Source: Candidatus Micrarchaeia archaeon (lineage in GTDB: Archaea > Micrarchaeota > Micrarchaeia > Burarchaeales > JACRGF01). Taken from it: DNA of 64,000 nucleotides. The DNA is taken from contig JAWAFC010000007.1 of NCBI GenBank assembly GCA_038890815.1, forward strand, positions 8,370 to 72,369, written 5' to 3'. The translations under genes and the position numbers were made by a program. The notes beneath the pieces are model-generated. The model made no database searches and was not told the DNA's origin. It saw only the letters and a program-made list of their open reading frames with translations. Positions 59,414 to 64,000 of the stretch are shown here, in pieces. How positions within the stretch are numbered: the stretch's first letter is position 1; the number at the start of each line of letters is the position of its first letter.

Positions 59414-60751
59414 ATGGCGGGAGAGGAAACAAAACAGAAGATTTTGAAGGACGTGAAGGAAAAGGGCGTGAATTTCTTCCAGCTTCGTTTCGTTGATATT
59501 TTTGGAATACCCAAGACATGTGAGATTCCCATCAAGAGGCTGGATGAGGCGCTCGAGGAGGGCTTCTGGTTCGATGGCTCCTCCATTGAGGGCTTTGTGC
59601 GCATTTTTGAAAGCGACATGTTCCTTAAGCCAGACCTTTCCACCTATGCCACGCTCCCCTGGACTGGCCACAAGGTCGCGCGCTTCATCTGTGATGTTTA
59701 TGTTGATGAGAAGACGCCATTTGAGGGCGATCCGCGCTATGTGCTGAAGCGCGCGCTCGCCAGGGCGGCCGAGCTTGGCTTTGACTACAAGGTGGGGCCA
59801 GAGCTCGAGTTCTTCATTTTTAGGGAACAAAATGGTGCAGCAAGCCCCAGCCTCGTTTCGGATGCCGCAGGCTATTTCGACCTCGACCCGGTCGACCTGT
59901 CCGCGGACTTCAGAAGGGAGGTGATCATCCAGCTGGAGGCCATGGGCCTAACCGTCGAGATGGGTCACCACGAAGTCGCGCCGGGCCAGCACGAGATTGA
60001 CTTCAGGTATGGCAATGCGCTGAATATCGCCGACCAGGTGATCACCTATAAGCACACGCTGAAGACAATGGCGAAGAAATATGGCCTCTACGCTTCCTTC
60101 ATGCCCAAACCCATCTTCGGGGTCAACGGCTCGGGCATGCACGTGCACCAGAGCCTGTGGAAAGGGGGGAAGAACGCCTTTTTCGATGCGAATGACAAGT
60201 ACAAGCTCTCCAAGGTCGCCCGCTCCTTCATAGCCGGCCAGCTCAAGCACGCGCGCGAGTTCTGTGCGGTCACCTCGCCCACCGTGAATTCATACAAGCG
60301 CCTTGTGCCGGGCTACGAAGCACCCGTCTATATCTGCTGGGGGCAGATAAACCGCTCCGCGCTCATCCGCGTTCCGCGCCACATCGCCGGCAGGGACTCC
60401 TCGACGCGCGCCGAGCTGCGCTGCCCCGACCCGAGCGCAAATCCCTACCTCGCATTCGCAGTCATGCTGGCAGCAGGGCTTGACGGCGTGAAGAACAACC
60501 TCACACCGCCCGAGCCCGTCGAAGAGGATGTGTATCATTTTGATGAGGCTAAGCTCAAGGCGCTCAACATTCCATGCCTTCCAGGCTCGCTCGAGGAGGC
60601 GGTTGAGGAGCTCGAGAACAGCAAGCTTATGCGCGACGCTCTTGGCGAGCATGTGTTCGCCAAGCTCATCGAAGCTCAGCGAGAGCAGTACAACGATTAC
60701 AGGTTGCGCGTGACGCCGTGGGAGCACGAGAAGTACTTCACCGTGCTGTGA
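59414..60751 (+). CDS. glnA: Glutamine synthetase type I
   Basis: FDGSSIEGF, GPELEFF, HHEVAPGQHE, FMPKP..G.NGSGMH, NSYKRLVPGYEAP, ELRCPDP. Confidence 0.99.
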   Translation: MAGEETKQKILKDVKEKGVNFFQLRFVDIFGIPKTCEIPIKRLDEALEEGFWFDGSSIEGFVRIFESDMFLKPDLSTYATLPWTGHKVARFICDVYVDEKTPFEGDPRYVLKRALARAAELGFDYKVGPELEFFIFREQNGAASPSLVSDAAGYFDLDPVDLSADFRREVIIQLEAMGLTVEMGHHEVAPGQHEIDFRYGNALNIADQVITYKHTLKTMAKKYGLYASFMPKPIFGVNGSGMHVHQSLWKGGKNAFFDANDKYKLSKVARSFIAGQLKHAREFCAVTSPTVNSYKRLVPGYEAPVYICWGQINRSALIRVPRHIAGRDSSTRAELRCPDPSANPYLAFAVMLAAGLDGVKNNLTPPEPVEEDVYHFDEAKLKALNIPCLPGSLEEAVEELENSKLMRDALGEHVFAKLIEAQREQYNDYRLRVTPWEHEKYFTVL

Positions 60752-60828
60752 CCACGCAGCGCTTTTCAGAAACTCCGCGCAAGGTATAAAAAGAGGAAGG
60801 AGGGCGCAACCGCGCCCTTTCAAAACAG

Positions 60829-61044
60829 CTATGCGTTCTTCAGCCTCGCGCGCGCCACATAGCCGGCCTTGTCTATGTAGTACATCCAGCCGGGTTCTTT
60901 TGTGATTTTCTCTGTGCCCACCCTCTTTTTTGTTCCTCTGGGGTTGTTCCTCATCGGCGCGCGCCAGACATAGCCGTCCTTTCCAACATAGTAGAGGTAC
61001 CCTTCCTCCCTCTCAATCTTTTCTTTTCCTATTCTCTGTCCCAT
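60829..61044 (-). CDS. Small basic protein with an internal two-fold repeat
   Basis: EKIEREEGYLYYVGKDGYVWRA / EKITKEPGWMYYIDKAGYVARA; GAGGTG SD-like site upstream. Confidence 0.85.
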   Translation of the reverse strand: MGQRIGKEKIEREEGYLYYVGKDGYVWRAPMRNNPRGTKKRVGTEKITKEPGWMYYIDKAGYVARARLKNA

Positions 61045-61154
61045 CCAATCCACCTCACACGGCGCGTGGGCGCCCTCGGAGGTGGTTTACATCCCTGATT
61101 TAAATACATTTCGCCCGACGATAACGCCTTTAAATACCCCGGAAAAATCGTGTC

Positions 61155-62558
61155 ATGCGCCCCATCGCCGCGCTCTTGCTTCTCGCCTTGGCGGCCAGCG
61201 CGGCCTCTCTCGACGAGCTCATCGCCGCCTACATGGATTTCAACGAGAGCGCACGGGCGCTTGCACTCGATGGCAATGCCTCTCTCGTTCTCATCAACGG
61301 CATTCCCTCGTTCATCGCATTCACCGACGCAGAGGGGAACGCCTCGCTCCTCACGGAAGAAAATGAAATCCGCGCGCGCCTGTCCGCCTACGCGCACGCA
61401 GCCAACCGCTCGCCCTCGCTTCTCCTTCCCGCGCCCGCGCAGTCCGCGCGCCTCGCCGCCCTCCTGCTGGCTTTTAATGCCTCGCGCGAGCCTGCCGAGA
61501 GCGAGTGCCGGCGGCTCATCGGCATAGACAGGTATCCCTGTAGCGACTTCGAGAGCTGCCTGGCTTCGTGCTATACGCCGATCTGTCGCGGGCTCGCGCT
61601 CGATGCAGGTCCGCCTTTCGTTCATAGCATTGTGGATTACTCGCGCGCGCTCGCGGCCATGGATGCAGAGCTCAATGCCGCGCTCGATGCCATCCGTAAC
61701 CTCCCCAACGCCACGACGCCCGCTTCCCACCAGCTTGAGCGCGCGCTCTCCTCCCTTGCCTCCCTGCGCGCGCTCGCGCTGAAGAGCATCTCTCTCAACC
61801 CGCTTTTCCTGGCCACCGGCTACTACTTCTGCCCCCTGCCGGCATTCAACTATTCCGCGCTCGCCGAAGCCGAGCAGGAGGTTGGGCTGGCTCGGACAAA
61901 GCTTCTTCTCATTCTCGCGCCCGAAAACGTGAGCGCACAGGTCTATGCCGAAACTGAAAGGAGGGAAGGCTGGCGAGCGCGCCTGCTGGCCTGCGCCAAC
62001 AACACAGAGGCCGCAATAGCCAACATATCCGCCTTTGCCACGCGCTTCGCTTCCCTCCAAAGATTTTCCGAAATCCGGAACTTCACCGACCAGCTCGAGC
62101 AGGCCGCCGACAAAATTGACGGCTCGTGCAGACAGCATGCGTTCGATGCCTCTGACCAGGCTTTTGTCGACTTCGCTCTGCTCTATGCGAACGCCACACA
62201 AGCCGCAGACGCCCTCCTTCAGCGCCTGGCCGCAGCCGAGGCGCGCATCGCCGCTGTGCGCGATGCGGTCGCGGCGCGTGCCTCGCTCGGTGAAAATGCG
62301 ACCGAACTCAACACAACTCTCCTTCTCATAACACACGATCTCGACAAAGCCACCAGCTCCTTCGAGCTCGACGCGGTGGAGAATGCCCTTGCGACGCTCG
62401 AGTCTGCCCTGTCTGCCGGCCAGCCCGCGCCCGCAGGCCCGCCATCGAGCTACATCCCCGAAAGACGGAAGAAAAGCGGTTTTGACTGGTGCGCGTGGGT
62501 GGCGGCAGGCGCTGCGCTCGCCGCGCTTGCCTGGCTCTTGCTGCACCGGAAAAGATAA
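61155..62558 (+). CDS. Hypothetical secreted, C-terminally anchored helical protein
   Basis: Signal peptide, Cys cluster, N-x-S/T sequons, C-terminal TM followed by HRKR. Confidence 0.8.
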   Translation: MRPIAALLLLALAASAASLDELIAAYMDFNESARALALDGNASLVLINGIPSFIAFTDAEGNASLLTEENEIRARLSAYAHAANRSPSLLLPAPAQSARLAALLLAFNASREPAESECRRLIGIDRYPCSDFESCLASCYTPICRGLALDAGPPFVHSIVDYSRALAAMDAELNAALDAIRNLPNATTPASHQLERALSSLASLRALALKSISLNPLFLATGYYFCPLPAFNYSALAEAEQEVGLARTKLLLILAPENVSAQVYAETERREGWRARLLACANNTEAAIANISAFATRFASLQRFSEIRNFTDQLEQAADKIDGSCRQHAFDASDQAFVDFALLYANATQAADALLQRLAAAEARIAAVRDAVAARASLGENATELNTTLLLITHDLDKATSSFELDAVENALATLESALSAGQPAPAGPPSSYIPERRKKSGFDWCAWVAAGAALAALAWLLLHRKR

Positions 62559-62583
62559 AAAAAGCCGATTACAAGAACTGCTT

Positions 62584-62859
62584 GTGGATGAATTCGAGCA
62601 GAGGGTTAGTGAGCTGGAAGTGGCTGCCCGCGCGCAGGCCGACCACGCCTTGAAACTCATAAAGCTCACCATACAGGCCTGGGAGGGTGATGCGAAGCTC
62701 GCTGACAGAGTGCGCCAACTCATGACATGGCAGAATGAGCTCAAAGCCTGGAAGAAAAAACACTCCGAAACGCACGATGTCTATGAGCGGTATGCGCGCA
62801 TCCTCGAATTCATCAAGCTCTGCAACAGATTGGGTGGCATAGAGTGGGAAACCAAATAG
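62584..62859 (+). CDS. Hypothetical protein (91 aa)
   Basis: GTG start MDEFEQRVSE...; 3' part of track ORF 62383-62859. Confidence 0.65.
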   Translation: MDEFEQRVSELEVAARAQADHALKLIKLTIQAWEGDAKLADRVRQLMTWQNELKAWKKKHSETHDVYERYARILEFIKLCNRLGGIEWETK

Positions 62860-64000
62860 AAAAAAGGCAGCAGCAGCTTCCTCCTCCGCTATTAGATGTA
62901 GATAAACTTATCATAAAAATACTTGAAAACTTGCGCAGGGCCCTTGGCACCGAAGGCCTGCAGTCCCGTCTGCCCTCGCGGGAGATCATCACACAGCTCC
63001 TCACTGATGCGCTCAATGGGAAAAAAGAGGCAGTGCAGCTTCTAACCGAATCACTGCTCGCTTACAATTATTTGAGCTTTTCAGTCCCAAAGGAGCTAAA
63101 GAAATATATCGAGGACAGGCTTGCGGCGGACATCGGGCAAATCAACAACAGCATCGGGAAGGCTGTTGAGATGGCCAACGCGCTGAAGGAGGGGTTTGCG
63201 CCGCAGAGCAATCTGCCCGAGCCGCTCGTGAGATATGAAAAAACCGAGCATGAGAAAATATTGGCCTCCCTCGGTTACAAGCTCGAAATACATATAGGGT
63301 TAAATGCGGCAGGCGAGGCGTTCCGCCATCGCGTGTGGGTGAATACGCAGAACGGCGAGGTCGTGGTGGAAGCGCTGCTTGCTGGAGTTCCCGCGGACAA
63401 GCTTGAACAGGCTGTGGCAGAGAAAGCTGTCTCATTCGGCGAATATTCTGCATTTTTCAATGTCATGTTTGTGGGCGAACCTGCTGGCTATCACAGATAT
63501 GCAGTGCGCGTGAGTGATGCTTTTTCATTTGCATCACCTTTCCTGGCGAGTGAGCTGAAAGCCATTAAGGAGATATCAACAAATTATAGAATGGCCCAAA
63601 GCCTTCTCCCGTACTCCGCTCAGCTCGCAAAACAACTTGAAAAAAATATAATGCAGCAAAGAGGGGATTTGTTAAACGATGCGCGTGCGCTCGCCCCTCC
63701 CGGCTCACAGCCTCGTACTCTCTTCTTGATATCCGAGAGTGGCGGTTTTGCTTCCATATTGTACTATCACAGTAAAGACGAGGAGGGGAGAGAAAGGCTC
63801 GTGGTTGTGGAAACGGTGCCCAGAGGTTTCAAAAAGCCTGCCGTGCGCGTGTATAGGGGGTGGGAAGATTTTTTTGAGCACACCATCCTCCCGAACGGCA
63901 TTGTCGTTGCCGAGGGGGTTGAGCCGGAGAGGGCATTCATAAAATTCCCGGAAAGTTCTGTCGAAAAAATCATGTCGCTGCTCGGCTTCGCTGCTATGGG
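62844..64000 (+). CDS. Partial hypothetical CDS (runs off right edge)
   Basis: Hand translation, absent from the ORF track: MGNQIEKRQQQLPPPLL... open to base 64000. Confidence 0.8.
   Translation, partial: MGNQIEKRQQQLPPPLLDVDKLIIKILENLRRALGTEGLQSRLPSREIITQLLTDALNGKKEAVQLLTESLLAYNYLSFSVPKELKKYIEDRLAADIGQINNSIGKAVEMANALKEGFAPQSNLPEPLVRYEKTEHEKILASLGYKLEIHIGLNAAGEAFRHRVWVNTQNGEVVVEALLAGVPADKLEQAVAEKAVSFGEYSAFFNVMFVGEPAGYHRYAVRVSDAFSFASPFLASELKAIKEISTNYRMAQSLLPYSAQLAKQLEKNIMQQRGDLLNDARALAPPGSQPRTLFLISESGGFASILYYHSKDEEGRERLVVVETVPRGFKKPAVRVYRGWEDFFEHTILPNGIVVAEGVEPERAFIKFPESSVEKIMSLLGFAAM

Noticed and set aside
60829-61044. Assignment to a named chromatin family (CC1, Cren7, Sul7d, Alba)
   Set aside because: The sequence does not match those families as I recall them; left unnamed.

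Overview
Archaeal chromosomal segment: GC-rich, very compact, with many short or leaderless 5' ends and overlapping genes. The gene set and the non-canonical tRNA introns fit a DPANN lineage, probably Micrarchaeota (inference). Housekeeping content: aIF5B, dCTP deaminase, DtxR-feoB with a DtxR-type operator, rpl7ae-rps28e-rpl24e-ndk, a complete A1Ao ATP synthase operon, Dph6, mtnP-ahcY, Sec61beta, the rpl15e-RNase P-proteasome-exosome superoperon (interrupted twice by inverted orphan gene pairs), tRNA-Ser and tRNA-Thr with introns, a leuA-family synthase, thrC, a corA-like gene and glnA. Best novel candidate (55071-58220): a secreted, membrane-anchored protein with three tandem intact-looking Hint domains, each followed by Lys-Gly, set inside a Gly-rich leader and fused to two Tim44-like domains, downstream of a DUF350-like gene. 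Other highlights: a tRNA-Ser(CGA) that appears to carry two adjacent introns around a 1-nt exon; an orphan with an outer-membrane beta-barrel-like C-terminus next to two very large Ig-repeat surface proteins; a possible Cas8b running off the left edge; tandem orphan receiver-like proteins. All assignments come from reading motifs by eye; no database searches were run.
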